DNA of 64,000 bases, from NCBI GenBank assembly GCA_035519555.1, contig DATIWG010000050.1, positions 20,040-84,039 of the forward strand. The letters run 5' to 3'. A program made the translations under genes and the position numbers. Source of the DNA: Nitrosotalea sp. (GTDB taxonomy: Bacteria > Methylomirabilota > Methylomirabilia > Rokubacteriales > CSP1-6). Position 1 is the stretch's first letter; every line of letters begins with the position of its first letter. Under the pieces are notes generated by a model. The model ran no database searches, was not told the origin of the DNA, and saw only the letters and a program-made list of their open reading frames with translations. Below, piece after piece: positions 9,789 through 25,252 of this stretch.

Positions 9789-10452
9789 GGCGATCTCCTT
9801 CCGGCCAGCCCTCGGCCCCGATGAGGGGGACGAACGCCACCGGCTCCAGGTCCTGGTACTCGTACTCGTGCGCCTCGGTGCGTACGACGCGCACGAGACG
9901 CTGGTCGCCGATCGGACCGACCGGCATGACCAGGCGGCCTCCCACCGCCATCTGGTGCAGGAGTGCCTTGGGCACCTGCGGGCCTCCCGCCGTCACCACG
10001 ATCGCGTCGTAGGGCGCGTGCTCGGGCCAGCCGAGGGTGCCGTCGCCCTCGAGCACGTGGACGTTGGCGTAGCCGAGGGCGGCGAGACGGGCCCGGGCCT
10101 CCTCGGCGAGGGCCCCGACCCGCTCGATGGTGTAGACCTCGGCCGCGATGCGGGAGAGGACCGCGGCGCCGTAGCCCGAGCCGGTTCCGATCTCGAGAGC
10201 CCGGGCGCCCGGCTTCAGCTCGGCGGCCGCGGTCATGACGGCCACGACGTAGGGTTGCGAGATGGTTTGGCCGTGGCCGATCGCCAGCGGCCCATCGTTG
10301 TAGGCGAGGCGCGCGAGCGAGCGCGGCACGAAAGCCTCCCGCGGCACCGCGCGCATCGCGTCAAGCACCTGCGGATCGGTGATGCCCCGCGCCTCGATCT
10401 GCGTGGCGACCATGCGCTCCCGCTCGGCCTGGGTCAGCATCGCGGTCTGCAT
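9781..10452 (-). CDS. pcm: Protein-L-isoaspartate O-methyltransferase
   Basis: 223 aa with SAM-binding motif (LEIGTGSGY) and PCMT family motifs; GAGGAGG Shine-Dalgarno 10 nt upstream. Confidence 0.9.
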   Translation of the reverse strand: MQTAMLTQAERERMVATQIEARGITDPQVLDAMRAVPREAFVPRSLARLAYNDGPLAIGHGQTISQPYVVAVMTAAAELKPGARALEIGTGSGYGAAVLSRIAAEVYTIERVGALAEEARARLAALGYANVHVLEGDGTLGWPEHAPYDAIVVTAGGPQVPKALLHQMAVGGRLVMPVGPIGDQRLVRVVRTEAHEYEYQDLEPVAFVPLIGAEGWPEGDRHV

Positions 10453-10487
10453 CGGGACATCACCTCCTCGCCGGTCCAGCCGCGTGG

Positions 10488-10928
10488 CTACTCGGCCTTG
10501 ATCGGGATCGTGGTGCCCTTCGACGCCGGGGTCTTGGGCAGGGTCACGGTCAGCAGGCCATTCTTGAAGTTCGCGGTCACCTTGCTCGCGTCCACCGCCA
10601 CCGGGAGCCGGATGGTCCGGATGAACGCGCCGTAGGACCGCTCCACCCGATGAAAGCGCTCGTCCTTCTCTTCCTTCTCCTGCTTCTTCTCTCCCTTGAT
10701 CGTCAGCAGGTTCTCCTGGAGCGAGATCTGGATATCTTTCTGCTCCATCCCCGGCACCTCGACCTTGGCGACCAGGCTGTCCTTGGTCTCCGAGATGTCC
10801 ATGCTCGGCGTCCAGTCCCCGAGGGCCGGCAGGTCGTCCCACTTCATCTCGCCGAGGCGGTCGAACAGCTGATCCATCTCGCGCCTCAGGCTTCCCATTC
10901 CCGTCCACGGCATCAGGCCTCGCATCAT
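10488..10928 (-). CDS. Hsp20/alpha-crystallin small heat-shock protein
   Basis: Alpha-crystallin domain (...GLLTVTLPK...); strong Shine-Dalgarno directly upstream; the N-terminal extension in the track ORF is ignored. Confidence 0.85.
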   Translation of the reverse strand: MMRGLMPWTGMGSLRREMDQLFDRLGEMKWDDLPALGDWTPSMDISETKDSLVAKVEVPGMEQKDIQISLQENLLTIKGEKKQEKEEKDERFHRVERSYGAFIRTIRLPVAVDASKVTANFKNGLLTVTLPKTPASKGTTIPIKAE

Positions 10929-10983
10929 GGCGGCTCCTCCTGTTGGTGAGATGTGACGGTCGGCAACTTCAGCAAGGAAGGGC

Positions 10984-10999
10984 TGCATCGGAGGTGCCA
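10984..10999 (-). promoter_or_regulatory. Candidate sigma54 promoter (TGGCAC-N5-ATGCA)
   Basis: Read on the minus strand as TGGCACctccgATGCA, with correct GG-N10-GC spacing; the predicted TSS lies about 45 nt upstream of the Hsp20 ATG. Confidence 0.45.
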
Positions 11000-11131
11000 A
11001 GCAAACACCTCAGTGATTCAGCTGGTTGCCTCCCGGTGCAAGCCGGCCGCCCGAGGCGTTTGCGCCCCGGTGTGGCCCCGGCGCCCCAGCGGCGGACAGA
11101 GCCCGGGCCGATGTGGCGTGGCTTTACCTCG

Positions 11132-11147
11132 CGGCACCTGCCTTGCA
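11132..11147 (+). promoter_or_regulatory. Candidate sigma54 promoter (cGGCAC-N5-TTGCA)
   Basis: cGGCACctgccTTGCA lies about 40 nt upstream of the CBS gene ATG at 11189. Confidence 0.45.
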
Positions 11148-11188
11148 CTTGCATCGCTCGTTCGAACGTCTCTCCAGAGGAGGCCACC

Positions 11189-11611
11189 ATGCTCGGGAAG
11201 ATCTGCACCAAGCCGGTCGTCACCGCCTCGACCCAGATGACGGTCGACGAGGCGGCACGCGCGATGCGATCCAGGAACGTGGGCGCGCTCGTCGTGGTCA
11301 ATGCCGGACGGCCCGTCGGCATGCTGACCGACCGCGACATCGCCGTCGAGGTCGTGGCCCGGGGAATGGACCCGGACTCGACCCGCGTCGGTGACGTGAT
11401 GCGCAAGAAGCCCATGACCATCCGGGAGGACCTGGGCATCTTCGATGCCGCCAAGGCCTTCGCCAGGACCGGCGTCCGCCGGCTTCCCGTCGTCAGCAAG
11501 AGCGGGGTGCTGGTGGGCGTCATCGCGGTGGACGATCTGATCGTGCTGCTGGGCAACGAGCTCGGCCATCTAGCCGGCGCCCTGTCGGCCGGGCTGAGGC
11601 GGGCTTCGTAG
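11189..11611 (+). CDS. CBS domain pair protein
   Basis: 140 aa with two CBS motifs; AGGAGG Shine-Dalgarno 5 nt upstream of the ATG. Confidence 0.85.
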   Translation: MLGKICTKPVVTASTQMTVDEAARAMRSRNVGALVVVNAGRPVGMLTDRDIAVEVVARGMDPDSTRVGDVMRKKPMTIREDLGIFDAAKAFARTGVRRLPVVSKSGVLVGVIAVDDLIVLLGNELGHLAGALSAGLRRAS

Positions 11612-11629
11612 CGCTCGGGCCACAGCGGC

Positions 11630-14482
<2,853 letters not shown>

Positions 14483-14502
14483 CGCCATCGGAGACCGAGA
14501 CC

Positions 14503-15078
14503 ATGAGTCAAGCACTCGACAACCAGCATCTCCTCGTCACGCTCGCAAGGAACTGGTGGATGGTCGGCGTCCGGGGGGCGCTGGCCATCCTGTTCGGCGC
14601 GGTGCTGCTGCTCAGCCCATCCGTCGCGTTCAACATCCTGGTGGCGCTCTTCGGCGGGTACGCCGCGCTGGATGGCGCCTGGGCGATCGGATCCGCGCTG
14701 TGGGCGTCCCGGAGAACGACCGCCGGCTGGCCCATCCTCTTCGAAGGAGCGGCAAGTCTCGGGGTGGCGGCGCTGATCTTCACATGGCCGCTCCTACCCC
14801 GCGAGCTGATCACCGCCATCGTGGTGTGGGGCCTGCTCACCGGTGTGCTCGAGATCATCGCGGCCGTGCGCCTCTCCCGCGTCGGGGCCGCCTACTGGCT
14901 CCTGGGAACGGGCGGCGTCTCCTCCCTGTTCCTGGCCCTGATCATTCTCGTGATCCCTCACGCCACCCATCCCTATGTCGTGAGGGCGCTGGGCGTCTAC
15001 AGCCTCGTCTTCGGTGGTCTGGTCCTCGCGACGGCTCTCTTCCTCCGGAATGCGCTGCTGTCGAGGGACCATGCCTGA
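14503..15078 (+). CDS. hdeD: HdeD/DUF308 family membrane protein
   Basis: 191 aa, six TM segments in paired repeats typical of HdeD-like acid-resistance membrane proteins. Confidence 0.7.
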   Translation: MSQALDNQHLLVTLARNWWMVGVRGALAILFGAVLLLSPSVAFNILVALFGGYAALDGAWAIGSALWASRRTTAGWPILFEGAASLGVAALIFTWPLLPRELITAIVVWGLLTGVLEIIAAVRLSRVGAAYWLLGTGGVSSLFLALIILVIPHATHPYVVRALGVYSLVFGGLVLATALFLRNALLSRDHA

Positions 15079-15604
15079 GCCGGCCGCCACGATCGAGATC
15101 AGGCTCAGCTCGCTCCAGCAGCTGTTCAACTCGCTCGATCCGTCGCCATTCCACGAGCGAGATCTCGACCAGGATGCCGAAGAGTACATCGTGGACTCCA
15201 CCGACGAGATCCCCCTGCAGAAGCCCTTGACCCTGATCATCCATCTGCCTCCGGACCAGATTCCCGGGGACTCGTTCGATCTGGCTCGCGCTATTCACAA
15301 CTACTTCGCCTACCGGCTCACCGAGAGCCGCCGCCGCCTCCGGTTCTTCTTCCGCGACGGCCGCATCTCCCTGCTCGTCGGAGTGGCGTTCCTGTTCGCG
15401 TGCATCGCTCTACGTCAGATCGCCTTCGCCCTCGGGCCGGGAACGGGGTCGGAGATCCTCGCCGAGGGCCTGCTCATCACCGGCTGGGTGGCCATGTGGC
15501 GGCCGCTGGAGATCTTCCTCTACGATTGGCGCCCGCTTCGCCGCCGTTGCCGGCTGCTCGCCAAGCTCTGCGAGATTCCGGTGGTCGTGTCTCCGACTGT
15601 GTGA
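15071..15604 (+). CDS. Hypothetical membrane protein
   Basis: ATG overlaps the hdeD stop (ATGCCTGA); soluble N-terminal half then two TM segments; no recognised family. Confidence 0.55.
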   Translation: MPEPAATIEIRLSSLQQLFNSLDPSPFHERDLDQDAEEYIVDSTDEIPLQKPLTLIIHLPPDQIPGDSFDLARAIHNYFAYRLTESRRRLRFFFRDGRISLLVGVAFLFACIALRQIAFALGPGTGSEILAEGLLITGWVAMWRPLEIFLYDWRPLRRRCRLLAKLCEIPVVVSPTV

Positions 15605-15667
15605 CCTTCGAGATCGCGCTTCGCAAGGCCGGCCTCAGCTCCTCCCAGGCATTGGTGGTGCCCATCC

Positions 15668-16111
15668 TCATGACTCCTCCCGTGGCGTATTCGTCCTTTG
15701 CCGTTCGGCTTCTCCCACGACTGCCCGGATGACATCGGTGGCGGTGAGTATTCCCACGACCCGGCCGTCATCGACCACGGGCAAGGCGCCGAGCTTCCGG
15801 TCGTGCATGACGCGGGCGGCGTCACGGATCTCGGCGTCCGCGCCCACGGTGATAACGGCCCACGTCATGATCTCGTTGACCCTCAAGCGCCCGAGGGCGC
15901 GGGCCACCCGCCCGGCCCCTTCATCGAGGCATCGCTCGAGGATCACCAGCCGGAGATCGTGATCGGTGACTATCCCGATCAGGCGGCGGTCGGCGTCGAG
16001 CACCGGGAGATGGCGCACCTGCCGCGCCAGCATGATGCGCCAGGCCTCCGCCACGGTGGCGTCGTGTCCGACCGTGACCAGGGTGCCGGTCATCAGGTCG
16101 GCGACCCGCAT
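15668..16111 (-). CDS. CBS domain pair protein
   Basis: Two CBS motifs (HLPVLD..., LPVVDDGRVVGILT). Confidence 0.85.
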   Translation of the reverse strand: MRVADLMTGTLVTVGHDATVAEAWRIMLARQVRHLPVLDADRRLIGIVTDHDLRLVILERCLDEGAGRVARALGRLRVNEIMTWAVITVGADAEIRDAARVMHDRKLGALPVVDDGRVVGILTATDVIRAVVGEAERQRTNTPREES

Positions 16112-16130
16112 CGCCCCCTCCGGATATTCG

Positions 16131-19915
<3,785 letters not shown>

Positions 19916-19966
19916 GTCGCGAGCCCCCGCCGACCCGCTCGGGGTCGGGCGCGCGCGTCGGGTGTT

Positions 19967-20416
19967 CTAGGTCGCGCCGTCCGCGGTGGGCCGCAGCAGC
20001 ATCACGGGAACGGTCGCCTTCGCAAAGACCCGCTCGGCCACGCTGCCGAGCAGCACCCGGCCGATGGCGCTCCGTCCCGCGGTACCCACCACGATCAGGT
20101 CGGCCGCGAAGGCGTCGGCCTCGGCGAGGATCTCCGTGACCGGGTCGCCGAACCGCACGACGCTCTCGACAGGCACGTCGAAGTAGAGCTCCAGCGTGTG
20201 CAGATAGTCGAGACCCTGGCTCCGGAGGCTCTCCGTCTCCTGGTCCGCGTACACCACGACCCGGCCCTCGGCGTCGTAGACGGCCGAAGGCGGGGGCGAC
20301 ACGTGCAGCAACCGGACCGTCGCGTGAGCGCCGCGAGCGGTGTCGGCCACGACGGCCGCGACGGCATCCGCGCGCGGCGAGCGGTCGGTCGCCAGCAAGA
20401 TCCTCTTCGTGGTCAT
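19967..20416 (-). CDS. Universal stress protein
   Basis: Usp motifs (ILLATDRS, GSVAERV). Confidence 0.85.
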   Translation of the reverse strand: MTTKRILLATDRSPRADAVAAVVADTARGAHATVRLLHVSPPPSAVYDAEGRVVVYADQETESLRSQGLDYLHTLELYFDVPVESVVRFGDPVTEILAEADAFAADLIVVGTAGRSAIGRVLLGSVAERVFAKATVPVMLLRPTADGAT

Positions 20417-20459
20417 GATCGCCTCCCGGGCGCCCTCGACGCGCGCCCAGTCACCCTCG

Positions 20460-20936
20460 TCATCTCGCCGCCGCGTGGGCCGCCCGCTTGGCCACCTGGG
20501 CCTCGGTGGTCCGCATCAGGAACACGGGGATGTCGACCTGGCGGAGCACGGCCTGGGCGACCGACCCGAAGACGAGGCGGCCCAGCCCGCCGCGGCCGTG
20601 GGTGGACATCGCGATCAGGTCGGCGCCCGTCTCGCGGGCCGCCGCCACGATCTGTTCTTCCGGAGTGCCCCGCCGGACCCGGCTCTCCACCTTCACGCCC
20701 TTGTTGCGCAGCTCCACCGCGATCGGCGCCAGATACTCCCTGGCATCGGTCTGTCGCGCCTCGACGTCCTCCAGCTCGACGTACTGCGATCCCTCGATCA
20801 TCATCGGCCGGATCGGCTCGAGCACCCGCAGGAGGACGATCTCCATGTCGAGCGGACCCGCGATGTCGAGGATGAAGGGAATGATGGCTTCGGCCACCGG
20901 CGAGCCGTCGAGCGGTACGAGCGCACGCTTATACAT
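20460..20936 (-). CDS. Universal stress protein
   Basis: Usp motifs (ALVPLDGS, MSTHGRGGLGRLVFGSVA); the 40 aa N-terminal extension in the track ORF is ignored. Confidence 0.85.
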   Translation of the reverse strand: MYKRALVPLDGSPVAEAIIPFILDIAGPLDMEIVLLRVLEPIRPMMIEGSQYVELEDVEARQTDAREYLAPIAVELRNKGVKVESRVRRGTPEEQIVAAARETGADLIAMSTHGRGGLGRLVFGSVAQAVLRQVDIPVFLMRTTEAQVAKRAAHAAAR

Positions 20937-21420
20937 TGGACGTCTCCTTGGCGGGGCGGGCCTGACCCGTCCCCACGGGGGCCTTGGTGGGTGCCTCGGG
21001 GGCCCGCACCAGCAGGATCGGTGTCGTGGTTCCGCGCAGCACCGACTCGGCCACACTGCCCATGATCAGCCGGCCCAGCCCCCCGCGCCCGTGGGTGGTC
21101 ATCACGATCAGGTCGGCCTTGCGCGCACGGGCCGCGTCCACGATGACGGCGGCGGCGGACCCGTACCAGACGCTGGTCTCGACCTTGGTGACGCCCTGCT
21201 GGCCAAGCCGCCGGGCCACGCTCGCCAGATACTGTTCGGCCTCCTGAACCACATCCACCTGCGCGAGGGTGGGATCGACACCGGGGAACGTCTGGGCCTC
21301 GGCAGCGCGCACCAGCACGAGGGTGGCAAGGCCAGGACGACCCATCTCCACGGCCGTCTCGATGGCGGATTCCGCGAGAGCCGAGCCGTCGAGTGGAACC
21401 AGAACTCTCTCGATTTTCAT
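20929..21420 (-). CDS. Universal stress protein
   Basis: Usp motifs (VLVPLDGS, MTTHGRGGLGRLIMGSVA). Confidence 0.85.
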   Translation of the reverse strand: MKIERVLVPLDGSALAESAIETAVEMGRPGLATLVLVRAAEAQTFPGVDPTLAQVDVVQEAEQYLASVARRLGQQGVTKVETSVWYGSAAAVIVDAARARKADLIVMTTHGRGGLGRLIMGSVAESVLRGTTTPILLVRAPEAPTKAPVGTGQARPAKETSNV

Positions 21421-21455
21421 GGATGCCTGACCTCCCTCTCTGCAGGAGAGTCCCG

Positions 21456-21472
21456 TTGCAACGGAAGTGCCA
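21456..21472 (-). promoter_or_regulatory. Candidate sigma54 promoter (TGGCAC-N5-TTGCA, consensus)
   Basis: Read on the minus strand as TGGCACttccgTTGCAA, about 25 nt upstream of the first of three tandem usp genes and the downstream polX and ligA. Confidence 0.5.
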
Positions 21473-21607
21473 TCGGCGGCGCGGCGAAAAACGCATGGTT
21501 ACATCGCCGCACCGCGACCCGGGTGGGACGAGGCCTCCCCGGTGGGGCATCGGCGCCCCGCGAGAGCCGCTCCCGGGCGTGCGCCCAACGGTTACTCGGC
21601 CGACCCA

Positions 21608-21623
21608 CGGTACGCCGCTTGCA
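21608..21623 (+). promoter_or_regulatory. Candidate sigma54-like promoter (GGTAC-N5-TTGCA, weaker -24 element)
   Basis: cGGTACgccgcTTGCA lies about 15 nt upstream of the capA-family ATG. Confidence 0.3.
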
Positions 21624-21636
21624 CTCGGTATCGACC

Positions 21637-22773
21637 ATGGATCGTGTCAGGTCCGCTGACCCGGAAGGCCGGCTGGTGACCGTCTTCCTGTGCGGGGACG
21701 TCATGACCGGACGAGGGGTCGACCAGATCCTCCCGCATCCGAGCGACCCTCGGATCCACGAGTCGTTCGTCAACGACGCTCGCGAGTATGTGCGCCTGGC
21801 CGAGGCGGCGAACGGCCCGGTCGCGCGTCCGGTGGCATTGCCGTACATCTGGGGCGCGGCGCTCGACGAGCTCGCCCGCGTCGCCCCGGATGCGCGCATC
21901 GTCAACCTGGAGACCAGCATCACCCGAAGTGCCGATCACTGGCCGAGCAAGGAGATCCACTACCGGATGCACCCGGACAACGTCCAGTGCCTCACGGCGG
22001 CGGGGATCGACGTGTGCACCCTCGCGAATAACCACGTGCTGGACTTCGGCCCGGCCGGGCTCCAGGAGACGCTGGACACGCTCGCACGGGCCGGCCTGCG
22101 AACCGCGGGAGCCGGGCGCGCCCTGCCCGAGGCCCGCGAGCCCGCCGTCGTGGAGATCGCCGGGAAGGGCCGGCTGGTCGTCCTCGCATTCGGAGACGAG
22201 ACGAGTGGCATTCCCTCGAGTTGGGCCGCGACGAGCGATCGACCCGGGATCGACTTCTTGCCCGATCTCTCGGATGCGACCGCGAGGAGCGTGCTGGACA
22301 GGGTCCGAGGGGTGAAGCAAGCGCGCGACCTCGTCGTCGCGTCCATCCACTGGGGAAGCAACTGGGGCTATGAGGTTCGTCCCGCGCAGCAGCGCTTCGC
22401 GCGGTGGCTGGTCGATGGCGGCGTCGACGTGGTCCACGGTCATTCTTCCCATCACGTCCGCCCGATCGAGATCTACCGGGGAAAGCTCATCCTCTACGGC
22501 TGCGGCGATTTCCTCGACGACTACGAGGGCATCGCGGGCTACGAGGAGTACCGAGACGATCTGACGCTGATGTACTTCCCGACGCTGCAGCCGGAGACCG
22601 GGCACCTCGCGAGCCTTCGCATGACCCCGATGCAGATCCGAAATCTCAGAGCGAACCGCACCAGCCCGGCCGACGCCGAGTGGCTCGCCGGCACTCTCGG
22701 CCGGATAAGCCGGCCCTTCGGGACGCACCTGCAGCTCGCCACCGACGGCACCCTCGCGCTCCGTCCCGAGTGA
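21637..22773 (+). CDS. CapA family (poly-gamma-glutamate synthesis-type) metallophosphatase
   Basis: 378 aa with calcineurin-like motifs (GDVM, TLANNHVLDFG, GHSSHH). Confidence 0.8.
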   Translation: MDRVRSADPEGRLVTVFLCGDVMTGRGVDQILPHPSDPRIHESFVNDAREYVRLAEAANGPVARPVALPYIWGAALDELARVAPDARIVNLETSITRSADHWPSKEIHYRMHPDNVQCLTAAGIDVCTLANNHVLDFGPAGLQETLDTLARAGLRTAGAGRALPEAREPAVVEIAGKGRLVVLAFGDETSGIPSSWAATSDRPGIDFLPDLSDATARSVLDRVRGVKQARDLVVASIHWGSNWGYEVRPAQQRFARWLVDGGVDVVHGHSSHHVRPIEIYRGKLILYGCGDFLDDYEGIAGYEEYRDDLTLMYFPTLQPETGHLASLRMTPMQIRNLRANRTSPADAEWLAGTLGRISRPFGTHLQLATDGTLALRPE

Positions 22774-22795
22774 CCGGCGGCCGCTCGAGGGCCGC

Positions 22796-23200
22796 TCAGG
22801 GCTCGCTCGGCTTCCAGACGACGATCTTGGCCGCGGTGGGTCGCTTACCATCGGGCGCGAGGGTCACGATCACCCACTCTCCCGGCTTCACCTGCCACCG
22901 GGGGAGGGCGCTTTCGACGAAATCCCTCGTCCAGCCGCTCGGAGCGACCTCGCTGGCACGCTGGAGCCTCACGAACTCGGTCGAGGAGGTGACCGCGAAG
23001 GTGCGGCGCTCGACCTGGGTCACGTCATCCTTGACCCGCCAGGGCCCCATGCCCTCGACGACGATCGTCCCCGCGGTCTGATCCACCCCCGCCACTGTGC
23101 CCGGGTACTTGCGCTCCGCGGCGTCACACGGGCCGGACGCCGTCGATGCGAGAACCACGACGACACCCAGGGTCACGATGCTCCTCGCGATGCCGGCCAT
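22796..23200 (-). CDS. Hypothetical secreted protein
   Basis: 134 aa with signal peptide (IVTLGVVVVLASTASG); no recognised domain. Confidence 0.55.
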   Translation of the reverse strand: MAGIARSIVTLGVVVVLASTASGPCDAAERKYPGTVAGVDQTAGTIVVEGMGPWRVKDDVTQVERRTFAVTSSTEFVRLQRASEVAPSGWTRDFVESALPRWQVKPGEWVIVTLAPDGKRPTAAKIVVWKPSEP

Positions 23201-23210
23201 GCCGCCTCGT

Positions 23211-23411
23211 CTAGCCCTTCTTGATCTTGGGCTTGGTGGCCGCCCAGATTGCACGTGGCCCCTGAGCCGCCTGGTGAATCGTGGTGTCCTTGCGAAATGC
23301 CGCCCGAGCGCTCCTTTGCCGACGGCGCACCCGCGTCGCCAACACGCGCAACTCCGGAGGGCGGCCCGCCTTCGCGGAGCGGGCCCGAATCGCTTTCGCC
23401 TTTGCCATCAT
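23211..23411 (-). CDS. Hypothetical small basic (Lys/Arg-rich) protein
   Basis: 66 aa, very basic; good Shine-Dalgarno (AAGGGAG) 5 nt upstream; no recognised family. Confidence 0.45.
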   Translation of the reverse strand: MMAKAKAIRARSAKAGRPPELRVLATRVRRRQRSARAAFRKDTTIHQAAQGPRAIWAATKPKIKKG

Positions 23412-23453
23412 GTTCTCCCTTCACGTCCTTCTCGGTGAGCAGCCCGACCGAGG

Positions 23454-24014
23454 TCAGGCCTCGGCCCCCCAGCGCCCTGGCCGGGAGATCACGCCCTCGT
23501 CCAGCATCTGGATCACCGCCTTCAGCACGTCACCGACCGCGAGCATGCCGACCACCCGGTCGTGCTCCACCACCGGCACGGCCCCGATCTTGTTGGTATG
23601 GATCAGGTCGGCCGCCTCACGGAGCAAGGTATCTGGCTTCACGCTGATGGCGCCCCACGTCATCACCTCCTTGACGGTCCGGGTCCTGAGCACCCGGTCG
23701 AGGTCCTCGAACGCATCGCGGAGGGCGGGCTCGAGAACGGCCGATCGGAGGTCGCGGTCGCTCACCATGCCGGCAAGATGCCCCTTGTCGTCCACCACGG
23801 GAGCGTGGTGGATGCTCCGGGCCCGCATGGCGGTCATGACGGCGCCCACGGTCATCGCCTGGCGGAACGTCACCACCGGGCGCGTCATGACGTCACGGAC
23901 CCGCACCACGCCCTCCGGCCAGGCAGACTCCTCGATCTCGGCGCGCGCCCGGGCCGGGCGCTTCGGATTCCGGGTTCTGATGTCGCGGGTGATGGCTCGC
24001 TTCGGGTGTCTCAT
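23454..24014 (-). CDS. CBS domain pair protein
   Basis: Two CBS motifs; start chosen at the ATG preceded by GGAGGGG (M35 of the track ORF). Confidence 0.8.
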   Translation of the reverse strand: MRHPKRAITRDIRTRNPKRPARARAEIEESAWPEGVVRVRDVMTRPVVTFRQAMTVGAVMTAMRARSIHHAPVVDDKGHLAGMVSDRDLRSAVLEPALRDAFEDLDRVLRTRTVKEVMTWGAISVKPDTLLREAADLIHTNKIGAVPVVEHDRVVGMLAVGDVLKAVIQMLDEGVISRPGRWGAEA

Positions 24015-24216
24015 GGAGTCCCCTCCTGCTGGTTCTAGACAAACACTCAGTCCTGCAACCCGACTCCTGCAACCCGCCTGCCAGGCGGCCGATGACGGCG
24101 TTCGCTTCGGAAACACGACCTTGCTCGCCGACGGCTGGACTCCACCGAGGCATCTCCTCCTCGATCGAGGCGAGCAATCCCCACGCGGCCAGCGGCATGA
24201 CCGAGCAGATCGTCGG

Positions 24217-24756
24217 TCACTTCACCAGCAGGATCGGGCACTGGCAGAAAATGCCGACCTTGTAGCTGGTCGTCCCCCAGCCCCGCTGCCGACTCCCCGG
24301 CTTGACCCGGTGCGAGCCCATGACCACCAGGTCGGCCGCCCCACGCAGGGTCGCGCGGACGATCTCGGTCGCGGGCTCCCCGACCCGCACCTCGGTGCGC
24401 GCGTCGATGGCCCGCTCGGTGAACGATCGGGCCGCCCGTCGCAGCTCGCGCTCCGAGCGCTCGACGAGCTTGCGGTAGAACGCCGCGAGCTCATCCGGCG
24501 CGAGCGCATTGACGCGCTGGACCACGTGGAACAACGTCACGCGGCTCCGCCATTGCAGGGCCAGCGCCAGCACCATCCGGAGCGCCCGCTCGTTGCGCTG
24601 GCTCAGATCCAGCGGCACCAGGACGTGTCGAAACAGGCGCCGCGGTGGGGCAGCGACCGCGCGGCCGATGGTCCCCCCGGGGCGACGCGAAGCTCGTGCA
24701 CCCGCCTTCCGTCCCACTCCTCTCAACGTGCCCTCTCCGTAGACCTGGATCTCCAT
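24217..24756 (-). CDS. Universal stress protein (divergent)
   Basis: Usp core (VLVPLDLS ... VMGSH); N-terminus uncertain. Confidence 0.7.
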   Translation of the reverse strand: MEIQVYGEGTLRGVGRKAGARASRRPGGTIGRAVAAPPRRLFRHVLVPLDLSQRNERALRMVLALALQWRSRVTLFHVVQRVNALAPDELAAFYRKLVERSERELRRAARSFTERAIDARTEVRVGEPATEIVRATLRGAADLVVMGSHRVKPGSRQRGWGTTSYKVGIFCQCPILLVK

Positions 24757-24764
24757 TCACGACG

Positions 24765-24780
24765 TGCAACTCGGTGGCCA
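24765..24780 (-). promoter_or_regulatory. Candidate sigma54-like promoter (TGGCCA-N5-TTGCA)
   Basis: Read on the minus strand as TGGCCAccgagTTGCA; the predicted TSS coincides with the annotated usp start (leaderless, or the start is later). Confidence 0.3.
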
Positions 24781-24988
24781 ACCGATTGCGCCCGAAGTAC
24801 CGGCCACTTGCCGCATGACCGCCGAGGCACTCACGCCCCATCTGGGGCGGACTCTCCCCGACGATGAGGACGCCGCGCCCGGATGTGACCGGCTTGCCTT
24901 CCCTTGCGGGCCCGAGTGCGAGGCACGGAGCTTGCTCATACATGGTGCGGCTGGCACAGAGAGCTGGAGGCGCACGGGAGGCAAATCG

Positions 24989-25252
24989 ATGGGCGATCTG
25001 AAGCGGACGGCAACGGGTCTCACGATCGGGCTGCTTGGAGCGGCGACCCTGCTGGCGGGCTGCGCAACCGGGCACATCGCCTGGGACAAGCCCGGCGTCA
25101 CCCAGGCCGAGAAAGAGCGGGACGAGAACACGTGTCTCCGCGCGGCGATCGGCGCCGACGGTGGCGGCACGCTGCTGGCTCCATTCTGCATCGACCGCGA
25201 GATCTACACCCGATGCATGGAGACCCGCGGTTACGCCGTCAGATCCCAGTGA
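24989..25252 (+). CDS. Small lipoprotein (hypothetical)
   Basis: 87 aa with lipobox LLAGC and two further Cys; GGGAGG Shine-Dalgarno 7 nt upstream. Confidence 0.6.
   Translation: MGDLKRTATGLTIGLLGAATLLAGCATGHIAWDKPGVTQAEKERDENTCLRAAIGADGGGTLLAPFCIDREIYTRCMETRGYAVRSQ

Noticed and set aside
24757-24988. Plus-strand TGGCACagagaGCTGG upstream of the lipoprotein and MlaC genes, considered as a sigma54 site
   Set aside because: The -12 element is missing (GC displaced by 2 nt; no TTGC).
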